Below, in pieces: positions 19,447-30,633 of a stretch of 64,000 nucleotides of DNA (its first letter is position 1; every line of letters starts with the position of its first letter). Below the pieces are notes generated by a model that saw nothing but the letters and a program-made list of their open reading frames with translations, searched no databases and was not told where the DNA came from. The position numbers were made by a program, and so were the translations under genes. This DNA comes from Gammaproteobacteria bacterium (GTDB taxonomy: Bacteria > Pseudomonadota > Gammaproteobacteria > UBA4575): NCBI GenBank assembly GCA_965243395.1, contig CBDEUS010000002.1, positions 896,001 through 960,000 on the forward strand. The letters are read 5' to 3'.

Positions 19447-19999
19447 GTTGGGCTTTCACATTGCTATGCAGTTGTAAGATTTTAGTATCAAGATTTAGCG
19501 TCATCCCAAGTGCAGTAATTTTTTGTGATCCGCGTGATGCGGTAACGGGCAAATCTGTTGTTACCTGTTGTTCACTTTGTGAAACTCTAATTTTATCGGT
19601 AAAAATATTTAATGGATATGGGTCTTCCTTGGTTGCAGGTTGTGTAATCTCTACATTTCCAATTAAAGTAATCACATCATTTTCATTATACGTTTCACCT
19701 TTTTTAGAGGTAGCATAAATTACACTACCATTCTTGTTGTAAATTTCTATGTTAGGTGAGTCAAACTCGCTTTTTTGTTCCTGTTGATAAAGCCAATATT
19801 TAGGTGAAGATAACTTATACTGGGGTTGTCCTGCTGGTGAGTTAATAATCATATCAATATTTTCAAAACTTACGTTCGGTATGTCATTGTTATTTACTAC
19901 AGGTGAATTAGTAATATTTTCACGCTGATTTAAAAATGACAAAGTTAGCCCGCCGCCTACGAATATTAAGCAGAAAATCCATATGATTCTATAAGGCAT
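19436..19999 (-). CDS. lptC: LPS export protein LptC
   Basis: Single N-terminal TM helix, beta-rich body (LIGNVEI, TDLPVT, GMTLNL); synteny kdsC-lptC-lptA. Confidence 0.85.
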   Translation of the reverse strand: MPYRIIWIFCLIFVGGGLTLSFLNQRENITNSPVVNNNDIPNVSFENIDMIINSPAGQPQYKLSSPKYWLYQQEQKSEFDSPNIEIYNKNGSVIYATSKKGETYNENDVITLIGNVEITQPATKEDPYPLNIFTDKIRVSQSEQQVTTDLPVTASRGSQKITALGMTLNLDTKILQLHSNVKAQHDP

Positions 20000-20002
20000 G
20001 CT

Positions 20003-20545
20003 TTATGGGCCTTTTCTAAGATTATATTCAAGTGCTTTTGTTAATAGACCTTGTGATTCTAATAACAGTTCACACACTTCGCGTACAGCTCCATGGCCTC
20101 CATGGGTAGTTGTCTGCCAGTGCGCTTGTTGCTTTACATAATAATGTGCATTGGCTACTGCAATACTTAAACCGCATTGCGACATAATTTGTAAATCGAC
20201 AATGTCATCGCCAACAAATGAAGTTTGCTCTTTGCTTAGATTTAATTCTTTTAACAAATCGTTATAGACCGAGTGCTTGTCAATTACTCCTTGATATACA
20301 TGTGCTACATCTAAATCTCGCATGCGGTGTTCTAATGCCTTTGATGTCCGCCCCGTTATTACCCCCACTTGAATTCCATAATGCTGCAATAAACGAATGC
20401 CATGGCCATCTTGGGTATTAAATGTTTTAATTTCCTCACCATTGGCATCAACATGTATGTTACCGTCAGTTAAGACGCCATCTACATCAAATAATGCTAA
20501 ACGAATGTTTTTAGCGCGTTCTAAAATTTTATTTTCTATTTTCAT
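20003..20545 (-). CDS. kdsC: KDO 8-phosphate phosphatase
   Basis: HAD motif DVDGVLTDG, GDDIVD, GGHGAVRE. Confidence 0.95.
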   Translation of the reverse strand: MKIENKILERAKNIRLALFDVDGVLTDGNIHVDANGEEIKTFNTQDGHGIRLLQHYGIQVGVITGRTSKALEHRMRDLDVAHVYQGVIDKHSVYNDLLKELNLSKEQTSFVGDDIVDLQIMSQCGLSIAVANAHYYVKQQAHWQTTTHGGHGAVREVCELLLESQGLLTKALEYNLRKGP

Positions 20546-20546
20546 T

Positions 20547-21491
20547 TTATATTGACTGTATATATATAAAGTACATATAAACTAAGTATCCACTGAGAAA
20601 AAGTAATCCAAAAATTCGTGGAATATATTTTTTACGTAAAAAAATTAGTACCAATGCAAACAATATCGCAGTTGCAAATAACATCGCGGGATAATCACGT
20701 GTAAATACTTGATCTGGTAATGAATAACTTGTGATTAAGCTGGCTGTAGCCGTTACACCAAGCGTGTTAAATATATTTGAGCCAACAACATTACCAAGTG
20801 CAAGTTCACTATGTTTTTTTAGTGCGCTAGCAACACAGGTGGCTATTTCTGGCAAGCTAGTCCCAAGAGCGATTATCGTTAAGCCTATTATTAAATCACT
20901 CACTCCAAGATTTTTTGCAATACCCACAGCCGCCCATACAACTAATTTTGAACTTAGCAGCAGTACTACAAGTCCAACAATTAAATCGAAAATAATTCTT
21001 ACAGTCGGCTTATTATTGCCTATATTTTCGATGGCATGTTCTATCTCGCCATCACATTTTGATAAAACATAAAGTGTTATGAGTAAAGCGAGTAATAAAA
21101 TTAAACCATCTAGGAATGTTAACTGATGGTCATAAATCAAAACCGTTAATAGAATGGTCGCTGCGAGTAATAATAAAAAGTTTCGACGTACGATTTCAGC
21201 ATAAATTACGAGTGGCAAAATGCACAAAGTGACCCCAAGTACGAGAGTTATGTTAGTGATATTCGAACCTATGGCATTACCGATTGCTAAGCCAGGATTC
21301 CCCTGCCAGGCCGAAATTGCAGAAACCAATAATTCCGGTGCCGAGGTACCAAAACCTAATATCACAATGCCAATAAGGATTTTTGATAAATTTAGATGTT
21401 GACCTAGAAGGAGTGCTTCATCGGCGAAGCGATTTGCACTCCACAATAACAGCAAAAACCCTAATACCAAGGCAATTATGAAGGTCAACAT
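20547..21491 (-). CDS. Calcium/sodium antiporter (YrbG family)
   Basis: Two alpha repeats GTSAPEL...GNAIGSN and GTSLPEI...GNVVGSN. Confidence 0.92.
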   Translation of the reverse strand: MLTFIIALVLGFLLLLWSANRFADEALLLGQHLNLSKILIGIVILGFGTSAPELLVSAISAWQGNPGLAIGNAIGSNITNITLVLGVTLCILPLVIYAEIVRRNFLLLLAATILLTVLIYDHQLTFLDGLILLLALLITLYVLSKCDGEIEHAIENIGNNKPTVRIIFDLIVGLVVLLLSSKLVVWAAVGIAKNLGVSDLIIGLTIIALGTSLPEIATCVASALKKHSELALGNVVGSNIFNTLGVTATASLITSYSLPDQVFTRDYPAMLFATAILFALVLIFLRKKYIPRIFGLLFLSGYLVYMYFIYIQSI

Positions 21492-21660
21492 ATATACGAT
21501 TTTAGTTTATAGAGTTTGAGATGAGTGCGTCGCCAAGCATACTATAAGCAGGTATGATATTCGGCTTGAATTATAAGTCGAAATAATCACTTAGACTGGG
21601 AATATAATTCTCGCGCAGCGGAATCGCTATAGCAAACCATTATATATAAGAATAATAACA

Positions 21661-22458
21661 GTGGAATCAATTGTACAAATTCGCGATCTGCATTTTACTC
21701 GTGGCACTCGCAAAATCTTCAATGGTATTAGTTTAGATATACATGCCGGGCAAGTGACAGCTTTTATGGGCCCTAGTGGCACCGGTAAAACTACATTATT
21801 AAAGCTGATAGGTGGTCAGTTGCGCCCGGATAAAGGCTCCGTACAGGTGTTTGGCGAGAATATTCACCATGTTAATCAAGAAACACTTTATACAGTGCGT
21901 AAAAAAATGGGCATGCTTTTTCAAAGTGGCGCCTTACTAACTGATTTGAACGTTTTCGAAAATGTCGCCTTCCCATTACGCGAACATACTCAATTGCCAG
22001 AACAAATTATCCGTGATCTTGTCTTACTTAAGCTTGAATCAGTGGGTTTGCGTGGAGCGAGAAAACTCATGCCAAGTCAATTATCAGGTGGAATGGCAAG
22101 GCGTGTAGCTTTAGCAAGAGCGATCGTTCTTGACCCAAGTATGATTATGTATGATGAGCCGTTTACTGGGTTAGATCCTATCACTAAAGGCACTATTGTA
22201 ACTTTAATAAAAGAGTTAAATGAAAGTATGGGTTTAACCAGTGTTATTGTTTCTCATGATGTTGATGAAACATTGTCAATCGCGGACTATATCTATGTAA
22301 TTTCTGAAGGTGAAATTGTCGAGTCTGGAGCTCCAGATAACTTATCCACCAGTACATCCGATTGGATGCAGCAGTTTCTGCAAGGTTTACCGGATGGTCC
22401 GGTACCATTTCATTATCCATCTGAAGAATTTAAATCTGATTTATTAGCGGGTAGATAA
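21661..22458 (+). CDS. mlaF: Phospholipid ABC transporter ATPase MlaF
   Basis: [22 protein letters not shown]-terminal DGPVPFHYP. Confidence 0.95.
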   Translation: MESIVQIRDLHFTRGTRKIFNGISLDIHAGQVTAFMGPSGTGKTTLLKLIGGQLRPDKGSVQVFGENIHHVNQETLYTVRKKMGMLFQSGALLTDLNVFENVAFPLREHTQLPEQIIRDLVLLKLESVGLRGARKLMPSQLSGGMARRVALARAIVLDPSMIMYDEPFTGLDPITKGTIVTLIKELNESMGLTSVIVSHDVDETLSIADYIYVISEGEIVESGAPDNLSTSTSDWMQQFLQGLPDGPVPFHYPSEEFKSDLLAGR

Positions 22459-23243
22459 TGATTGCTTCTACATTACAAAATATTGGTGCGCGTGCTTTAG
22501 GTGTTTTTGAAAGCTTTGGCAGTGCGTCAATATTTTTCGCCAAAATCATTGCTGCTGTACCTCGTGCACTTACCCGGCCACGACTTATTGTAAAGGAAAT
22601 ATATTCAGTAGGTGTTTTGTCTCTAACCATTATTGTTGTATCGGGTCTTTTCGTGGGTATGGTGCTGGGCTTGCAAGGTTACGTGACACTCGTTGACTTT
22701 GGCGCCGAAGAATCTTTGGGTGTAGTTGTGGCAATGACTTTAGTGCGTGAATTGGGTCCTGTGGTAACGGCATTACTTTTCGCTGGACGAGCAGGTTCAG
22801 CATTGGCCGCTGAAATTGGCCTAATGAAAGCAACAGAACAACTTTCAAGCATGGAAATGATGGCAGTAGACCCCATCCGACGCATCATCACACCGCGATT
22901 TATTGGTGGTTTTATCTCGGTACCTTTGCTAACTGCGATTTTCACTGCAGTGGGCATCTTAGGAGGAAGATTTGTAGGTGTTGGAATGTTAGGTATTGAT
23001 GAGGGTTCCTATTGGTCGCAAATGCAGGCCAATGTTGATCTTATTGATGATGTTGCCAACGGTATGATTAAAGGAGTGGTATTCGCAGTAGCGTGTGTGT
23101 GGATTGCCTTATATAAAGGCTATTCTGCAATACCTACGGCAGAAGGAATTAGTTTAGCAACGACGCATACTGTGGTTAATTCTGCATTAGCAGTTTTAGG
23201 ATTGGATTTTGTGTTAACTGCTTTAATGTTTGGTGACTTATAA
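22458..23243 (+). CDS. mlaE: Phospholipid ABC transporter permease MlaE
   Basis: [29 protein letters not shown]. Confidence 0.96.
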   Translation: MIASTLQNIGARALGVFESFGSASIFFAKIIAAVPRALTRPRLIVKEIYSVGVLSLTIIVVSGLFVGMVLGLQGYVTLVDFGAEESLGVVVAMTLVRELGPVVTALLFAGRAGSALAAEIGLMKATEQLSSMEMMAVDPIRRIITPRFIGGFISVPLLTAIFTAVGILGGRFVGVGMLGIDEGSYWSQMQANVDLIDDVANGMIKGVVFAVACVWIALYKGYSAIPTAEGISLATTHTVVNSALAVLGLDFVLTALMFGDL

Positions 23244-23279
23244 ATAAAATTTTAAAAATAAAGTTAGGATAGAACTAGT

Positions 23280-23738
23280 ATGACGACGCGTTTTATTGAA
23301 ATCATGGTGGGGCTATTTGTAGTGCTTGGTTTTTTAGCATTGTTTATGTTGGCAATGAAAGTGAGTAACTTAAGCCGTTTAACCGACAATGATGGTTACG
23401 AAGTCACTGCTTACTTTGAAAATATTGGTGGTTTGAAGGTGCGCTCACCGGTGACTGTATCGGGTGTGAGAGTTGGACAAATAACGAGTATTGTTTATGA
23501 TGCAGATCGTTATGAAGCTCGTGTAGTGATGCGAATTCAAGATGAGCATGACTATTTTCCGATTGACACTACTGCGAGCATTTATACCGCGGGATTATTG
23601 GGGGAACAATATATTGCCTTAGAGCCAGGGGCAGAAGATGATGTATTAACCTCAGGTGATACCATAGAATTTACTCAATCAGCTCTGGTTCTAGAGGAGA
23701 TAATTGGCAAAATTGTTGTCAAACTAACATCTGGGTAA
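23280..23738 (+). CDS. mlaD: MCE-domain protein MlaD
   Basis: FENIGGLKVRSPV, TAGLLGEQYI, TQSALVLE. Confidence 0.95.
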   Translation: MTTRFIEIMVGLFVVLGFLALFMLAMKVSNLSRLTDNDGYEVTAYFENIGGLKVRSPVTVSGVRVGQITSIVYDADRYEARVVMRIQDEHDYFPIDTTASIYTAGLLGEQYIALEPGAEDDVLTSGDTIEFTQSALVLEEIIGKIVVKLTSG

Positions 23739-23812
23739 ATTAATCAGCCATAAGTTGCTGATTTATATGCAGCTGTTAATTTTAATATTCTTCAATATTA
23801 AGGAGCTCCATT

Positions 23813-24511
23813 GTGACCAATTCTAAGGTGACAGACATGACGCTAATCAGGTCTATGTCAAAAAAATATATTCAAATTTCATTTGCAGCGGTGATGATCG
23901 TAATCCTCATTATGTGGGCTTATGTTTTTGCGATCGATGATCGTACACCCGAACAGATTGTAGAAGAGACATCTGCAACCGTATTGAAAGCGATAAACGA
24001 ACAAAATGCAGAATTGCGAGAAGACCCTACGCTTATCAATGATCTGATTAATGACACTGTTATTCCTACTATTGATTTAGGTTCAATGGGTAAATTAATC
24101 TTAGGCAAGTACTGGAAGAAAGCTAGTCAGGAACAGCGCACAAATTTTGTTAATGAATTTAAAGACATGCTCATTCGCACTTATGCAAAATCTTTAGTTG
24201 ATTATGGTCATGCAAAGATTAAAGTTTTACCTAATCGTGATAAAAATCAAGGTAAGTATTACACCGTGCAATCTGAACTTGATATTGGCTCTGGTAAAAC
24301 CCCATTACAAGTTGCATATATTTTCCGTAAGAACAAACAAGAAGAATGGAAAGTTTTTGATTTAGCAGTGGACGGATTAAGTTTGGTAAAAAACTTTCGT
24401 ACCAGTTTTGGTCAAGAAATTAAAGAAACTTCTTTAGACGCTTTGATAGAGCGTTTAGCTAATACAAATAAAACTGGAACAACTGACGAAGTTGCATCAG
24501 AACAAGGTTGA
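23813..24511 (+). CDS. mlaC: Periplasmic phospholipid-binding protein MlaC
   Basis: LGKYW, LIRTY, WKVFDLAVDGLSLVKNFR; AGGAG SD at 23801; exact start uncertain. Confidence 0.9.
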   Translation: MTNSKVTDMTLIRSMSKKYIQISFAAVMIVILIMWAYVFAIDDRTPEQIVEETSATVLKAINEQNAELREDPTLINDLINDTVIPTIDLGSMGKLILGKYWKKASQEQRTNFVNEFKDMLIRTYAKSLVDYGHAKIKVLPNRDKNQGKYYTVQSELDIGSGKTPLQVAYIFRKNKQEEWKVFDLAVDGLSLVKNFRTSFGQEIKETSLDALIERLANTNKTGTTDEVASEQG

Positions 24512-24541
24512 TACGTAATCAAAGTTGAAATAGATATATAA

Positions 24542-24844
24542 ATGGCGCCAATATTCAGCCATATTGAGCCAGGGAGTTTTAAACTATCGGGTGATTTAAC
24601 ATTTACAAGCGTGCCTGAAGTTTGGGACCTGGCGCGTAAAATGTTGTTAGACGTGTACGAAGAAAATGTTGAAATTGATATTGGTTCAGTCGAGAAATTT
24701 GATAGTAGCGGTTTGGCATTATTAGTTGCATGGGCGCGATGGGCGCATTGCAATAACAAAGAACTAAAATATAGAAATGTTACTGAAAAAACGAATAAGC
24801 TGATCGAAATTAATAAATTGCAGGATTTGCTAAAAACTAATTGA
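24542..24844 (+). CDS. mlaB: STAS-domain protein MlaB
   Basis: LSGDL, DSSGLALL; last gene of the mla run. Confidence 0.88.
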   Translation: MAPIFSHIEPGSFKLSGDLTFTSVPEVWDLARKMLLDVYEENVEIDIGSVEKFDSSGLALLVAWARWAHCNNKELKYRNVTEKTNKLIEINKLQDLLKTN

Positions 24845-24964
24845 ATCAACATTTTTATTGACTGACCATAACCTGCCCACTGGTATATGATTGGTGGGTT
24901 GGTTAAGATCCTCTCTTAAACAATCTAATCTATAAACCTATTTCTACGTTCCTGCTTGGTTTAA

Positions 24965-26227
<1,263 letters not shown>

Positions 26228-26274
26228 ATATGAATAAATTAAAATTTTCTTAAGTAAAGAAATTTCTGAGAAGT

Positions 26275-26955
26275 ATGTCTACGCAAGCAAGTCAAAATGT
26301 AACCACGATTGCGGTTTCTAAAGGCCGTATCTTTGACGAAAGTTGTGAGTTATTAAAAAAGATTGGTATCACAGTTGCACAACAAGATCTTGATGGGCGT
26401 AAGTTGGTGTTACCAACGAATAAATCGGATGTTCGTATACTTATTATTCGAGCAACAGATGTGCCCACCTATGTTCAGTATGGTGCAGCTGAATTAGGCA
26501 TAGTTGGCAAGGACACCCTGATGGAGTTTGCTGGTGATGGTATCTATGAACCGTTGGATCTTGGAATTGCTAAGTGCAAGCTTATGGTTGCAGGAGTGGA
26601 GGGTAAGATCGTCCAGAATGAAGCGGACCAAATTACATTGAGCCAAGGTCGTCGGCTGCGAGTGGCAACAAAATATTTGCAAAGCACACGCCGCTACTTT
26701 GCTTCAAAAGGACAGCAAGTCGAATTAATAAAACTCTATGGTTCTATGGAGCTAGCGCCCTTGTTGGGTCTTGCAGACTGCATTGTTGATCTGGTAGCTA
26801 CCGGTGGAACTTTAAAGGCAAATGGGTTGGTGGCGACAGAACATATTGCGGACATCAGCTCGCGCCTGATCGTCAACAAAGCAGCAATGAAGATAAAATC
26901 TGCTACACTTAAACCCTTGATTGAACAATTTAGGCTAGCTATCGAGAAACCCTAG
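26275..26955 (+). CDS. hisG: ATP phosphoribosyltransferase, short form (HisZ-dependent)
   Basis: [34 protein letters not shown]; no C-terminal regulatory domain. Confidence 0.95.
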   Translation: MSTQASQNVTTIAVSKGRIFDESCELLKKIGITVAQQDLDGRKLVLPTNKSDVRILIIRATDVPTYVQYGAAELGIVGKDTLMEFAGDGIYEPLDLGIAKCKLMVAGVEGKIVQNEADQITLSQGRRLRVATKYLQSTRRYFASKGQQVELIKLYGSMELAPLLGLADCIVDLVATGGTLKANGLVATEHIADISSRLIVNKAAMKIKSATLKPLIEQFRLAIEKP

Positions 26956-27024
26956 GGTTTTCAAGAGAATTATTTTTAAAGCATAGAATAAAAACATAAC
27001 GAGATTTTAGATTCAGGTACGGAC

Positions 27025-28104
27025 ATGAAATACCAAACGGACGACCTCAGGATAGTAGAAACTAAAGAAGTCATTGCACCTTCCAAGTTACACCAAGAAC
27101 TCCCCGTCAGTGAAAAGTCTGCACAGTGTGTATTTAATGCTCGCAGTGCGGTGCAAAAAATCTTACACGGAGAAGATGAGCGTTTATTGGCAATAGTAGG
27201 GCCATGTTCCATTCATGATCCTGAAGCTGCACGTGAATATTCTGAACGGTTAACTAAAGTACGTGATGAACTTGCGGGCGATTTAATGATTATCATGCGT
27301 GTGTACTTTGAGAAACCACGTACCACTGTAGGTTGGAAAGGGTTGATTAATGATCCGAATTTGGATGACAGTTTTGAAATTAATCAGGGTTTGCGAATTG
27401 CACGTAAGTTGTTACTGGATTTAAATGAATCCGGTATGCCTGCGGGTACCGAATATCTAGACTTAATTAGTCCGCAATATGTTGCAGATTTAGTAAGTTG
27501 GGGCGCAATTGGTGCACGAACAACAGAAAGCCAAGTTCACAGAGAATTATCTTCTGGCTTGTCATGCCCGGTTGGATTTAAAAATGCAACGGATGGTGGT
27601 TTGCAAGTTGCTGTGGATGCAATAGGTTCAGCAATGAATCCGCATCACTTTTTATCAGTGACGAAAGAAGGTAAATCTGCAATTTTTTCTACCGCTGGAA
27701 ATAAAGATTGCCACATCATATTGCGTGGTGGCAGCGATCAACCTAATTACAGTCCTGAAAGTATAAATGAGGCTTCTGATTTGCTTGAAAAATCAGGTTT
27801 AGCTGCGCGAATCATGGTTGATCTAAGCCATGCCAACAGTTTTAAGCAACATGAAAAGCAAGTTGAAGTTGGTAATTCAATTGCTCAGCAACTCAGTGCA
27901 GGTGATATGCGTATATTTGGTGTAATGGTCGAAAGTCATCTAATTGGTGGACGACAAAATGCTAAACCTGGGCAAGAGCTTAAATATGGCCAGAGTATTA
28001 CCGATGCTTGTCTGGGCTGGGAAGATACTGAAAGCTTGTTACACACGCTTGCCAACGCAGTTCGCGAACGACGACATTTTAAGTCTGCAGCAAGCGCGGC
28101 ATAA
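27025..28104 (+). CDS. aroG: DAHP synthase, class I-alpha (AroG/F/H type)
   Basis: GPCSIHD, RVYFEKPRTTVGWKG, IGARTTESQVHRE, GFKN, DLSHANS, YGQSITDAC. Feedback isoform cannot be determined. Confidence 0.93.
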   Translation: MKYQTDDLRIVETKEVIAPSKLHQELPVSEKSAQCVFNARSAVQKILHGEDERLLAIVGPCSIHDPEAAREYSERLTKVRDELAGDLMIIMRVYFEKPRTTVGWKGLINDPNLDDSFEINQGLRIARKLLLDLNESGMPAGTEYLDLISPQYVADLVSWGAIGARTTESQVHRELSSGLSCPVGFKNATDGGLQVAVDAIGSAMNPHHFLSVTKEGKSAIFSTAGNKDCHIILRGGSDQPNYSPESINEASDLLEKSGLAARIMVDLSHANSFKQHEKQVEVGNSIAQQLSAGDMRIFGVMVESHLIGGRQNAKPGQELKYGQSITDACLGWEDTESLLHTLANAVRERRHFKSAASAA

Positions 28105-28119
28105 TTTCTCTACATTAAA

Positions 28120-29421
28120 ATGTTGAATATTCGCCGTCTTAATAGTCAAGACGCAGAGTTCTCTGCGCAATTTAATAATGTGCTACTGCAAAATCAGTCG
28201 GCAGAAAATGATGTGCGCGATACGGTCGAGGCAATAATAAAAGAAGTTCGTGAAAAGGGTGATCAAGCTTTACTTGAATACACAAAAAAATTTGATCAAG
28301 TTGATGTTAAAAGTATTTCTGAATTAGAAATTTCTCCTGCTCAAATGAAAGAGTATGCAAGTCAAATTAGTACAGAGCAACGTAATGCACTTGAAACGGC
28401 AGCTAAACGAATACGAGAATATGCTGAAAAACAAAGCTTACAATCGTGGTCCACCAAAGATGATGATGGAAATGAGTTAGGGCAAATTGTTACGGCCTTA
28501 GAAAAGGTAGGTGTCTATGTGCCGGGTGGCAAAGCGGCTTATCCTTCATCAGTATTAATGAATACCATTCCTGCCAAGGTGGCTGGTGTAAGCTCAATTA
28601 ATATGGTTGTGCCTACGCCAGGGGGTGAAATCAATTCTATGGTCATGGCTGCGGCGTTAGTGGCTGGAGTGGATCGAGCTTTTGCTATTGGTGGTGCGCA
28701 AGCAATAGCAGCATTAGCTCATGGAACGGAGACGATTCCAAAAGTAGATAAGATCGTAGGGCCAGGTAATGCCTATGTCGCAACGGCTAAACAACTTGTT
28801 TTTGGGCAAGTTGGTATTGATATGCTTGCAGGGCCATCAGAGGTTTTGGTTATTTGTGATGAAAGTGCTAATCCGCAATGGATAGCGATGGATTTATTTT
28901 CTCAAGCAGAACACGATGAAAAAGCACGTGCTATTTTAATAAGTACTCGAGCAGATTTTTTTGATCAAGTACAAGAACAGATGCAGTCGTTACTTAAAGA
29001 ATTAGATCGTGCTGAGATTATTACTCGATCTATAAACGATTGCGGTGCATTTATAAAAGTTAAAAATCTAGATGAAGCAGCAGAATTATCTAATCAAATT
29101 GCACCCGAACATTTAGAGCTTTGTGTTTCAGACCCAGAGGCATTGATGAAAAAAATACGCAATGCTGGAGCAATATTTTTAGGTCATTATTCGCCCGAAG
29201 TTTTTGGTGATTATTGTGCAGGTTCCAATCATGTTTTACCCACGGCAGGTACTGCACGTTTTTCTTCGCCATTAGGTGTATATGATTTTCAAAAACGCAG
29301 CAGTGTAGTGAACTGTTCCAAAATGGGTGCCGAGAAATTAAGTGCTGTAGCTTCTACTTTGGCTGAATCCGAAGGTTTAACTGCACATGCTCAATCTGCC
29401 GAATATCGTAAGAAGCTCTAA
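28120..29421 (+). CDS. hisD: Histidinol dehydrogenase
   Basis: YVPGGKAAYPSS, GPGNAYV, AGPSE, QAEHD, APEHL, GSNHVLPT. Confidence 0.97.
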   Translation: MLNIRRLNSQDAEFSAQFNNVLLQNQSAENDVRDTVEAIIKEVREKGDQALLEYTKKFDQVDVKSISELEISPAQMKEYASQISTEQRNALETAAKRIREYAEKQSLQSWSTKDDDGNELGQIVTALEKVGVYVPGGKAAYPSSVLMNTIPAKVAGVSSINMVVPTPGGEINSMVMAAALVAGVDRAFAIGGAQAIAALAHGTETIPKVDKIVGPGNAYVATAKQLVFGQVGIDMLAGPSEVLVICDESANPQWIAMDLFSQAEHDEKARAILISTRADFFDQVQEQMQSLLKELDRAEIITRSINDCGAFIKVKNLDEAAELSNQIAPEHLELCVSDPEALMKKIRNAGAIFLGHYSPEVFGDYCAGSNHVLPTAGTARFSSPLGVYDFQKRSSVVNCSKMGAEKLSAVASTLAESEGLTAHAQSAEYRKKL

Positions 29422-29531
29422 TTTATCTTTATACGTCGTTAAAAAATAATCTTAATATCGCTCATGTATAATCAAATACACATCGCTCATTTTGATATTT
29501 TTTGCCTCGTCTAAAAATAAATTAGAACTTC
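29412..29531. repeat. ~120-bp palindromic MITE-like element overlapping the hisD stop
   Basis: Terminal inverted repeats GAAGCTCTAATTTATCT / AAATAAATTAGAACTTC (15/17 complementary), imperfect pairing continuing inward, central TGTAT-aatcaa-ATACA hairpin. Confidence 0.6.
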
Positions 29532-29545
29532 CTTGAATTGGTAAA

Positions 29546-30619
29546 ATGAAAATTCTTCCTGAAAATTTATTACGTGCTGAGCTTGCGACTATGCAGGCTT
29601 ATCATGTGCCTGATACAAGTGGGCTAATAAAATTAGATGCGATGGAAAATCCATACGCATTTCCTGATTCATTACGCGAACAATGGTTAGCTGAATTAAA
29701 AAGTGTTGAACTGAATCGTTATCCAAATCCACATGCTGTAAACCTTAAAAAAACATTTCAGCAAGTTTTTTCACTTTCGCCAAATTTTGAATTAATGTTT
29801 GGCAATGGTTCAGACGAACTAATTCAATTGTTAATCATGGCTATAGCAAAACCAGGAGCTACAGTGTTAACTGTAACGCCAAGTTTTTCAATGTATAAGC
29901 TAATTGGCGAATATATAGGCGTCAATGTTGTTGAAGTTCCATTACAACAAGATAATTTTGCATTGCAATTGGATTTACTTGCTGCAGAAATTCAAAAACA
30001 TCAACCTGCGCTAATTTTTTTAGCCTGTCCTAACAACCCTACTGGAACTCTTTGGCCAAAAAATGAAATTGAAAGCATTATAAAAATAGCAACAGGATTG
30101 GTGGTGATTGATGAGGCTTACTCACCTTTTGCAGCTTATTCAATGAAATCCTTGGTTGAACAATATCCTCATGCTTTGTTGATGCGCACCATTTCTAAAA
30201 TGGGACTGGCAGGTTTACGCTTAGGTTGGCTATATGGTTCAGCACAGTGGCTCAATGAACTAAACAAAATGCGTTTACCTTATAATATCAACATATTAAC
30301 GCAGGCGAGCGCTAATTTTGCTTTGCAAAATTTTGCGATATTAGATGAACAAGCAAAACAAATTTGCCAACAACGTGAAGTTTTGTTCTCAACATTACAG
30401 GCAATGGAAAATGTAGAGCCATTCCCAAGTCAAGCAAACTTTATTCTGTTTAGAGTTATAAACGGTTCTGCTACTGATGTTTATAACAATTTGTTAGAGC
30501 ATAAAATTATTATCAAAAATGTTTCTAATAATATGCTGTTAGAAAATTGTTTACGTGTGACGATAGGTACGCAAGATGAAAATCAAGCCTTTGTTGATGC
30601 ATTAACAAAATCTTTATGA
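29546..30619 (+). CDS. hisC: Histidinol-phosphate aminotransferase
   Basis: LDAMENP, GNGSDE, PNNPTG, DEAY, RTISKMGLAGLRLG, RVTIGT. Confidence 0.95.
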   Translation: MKILPENLLRAELATMQAYHVPDTSGLIKLDAMENPYAFPDSLREQWLAELKSVELNRYPNPHAVNLKKTFQQVFSLSPNFELMFGNGSDELIQLLIMAIAKPGATVLTVTPSFSMYKLIGEYIGVNVVEVPLQQDNFALQLDLLAAEIQKHQPALIFLACPNNPTGTLWPKNEIESIIKIATGLVVIDEAYSPFAAYSMKSLVEQYPHALLMRTISKMGLAGLRLGWLYGSAQWLNELNKMRLPYNINILTQASANFALQNFAILDEQAKQICQQREVLFSTLQAMENVEPFPSQANFILFRVINGSATDVYNNLLEHKIIIKNVSNNMLLENCLRVTIGTQDENQAFVDALTKSL

Positions 30620-30633
30620 AAATCTAATGATGC

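Noticed and set aside
23742-23763. AATCAGC..GCTGATT hairpin / near-IHF site between mlaD and mlaC
   Set aside because: Short AT-rich stem and a mismatch to the IHF consensus; could arise by chance.
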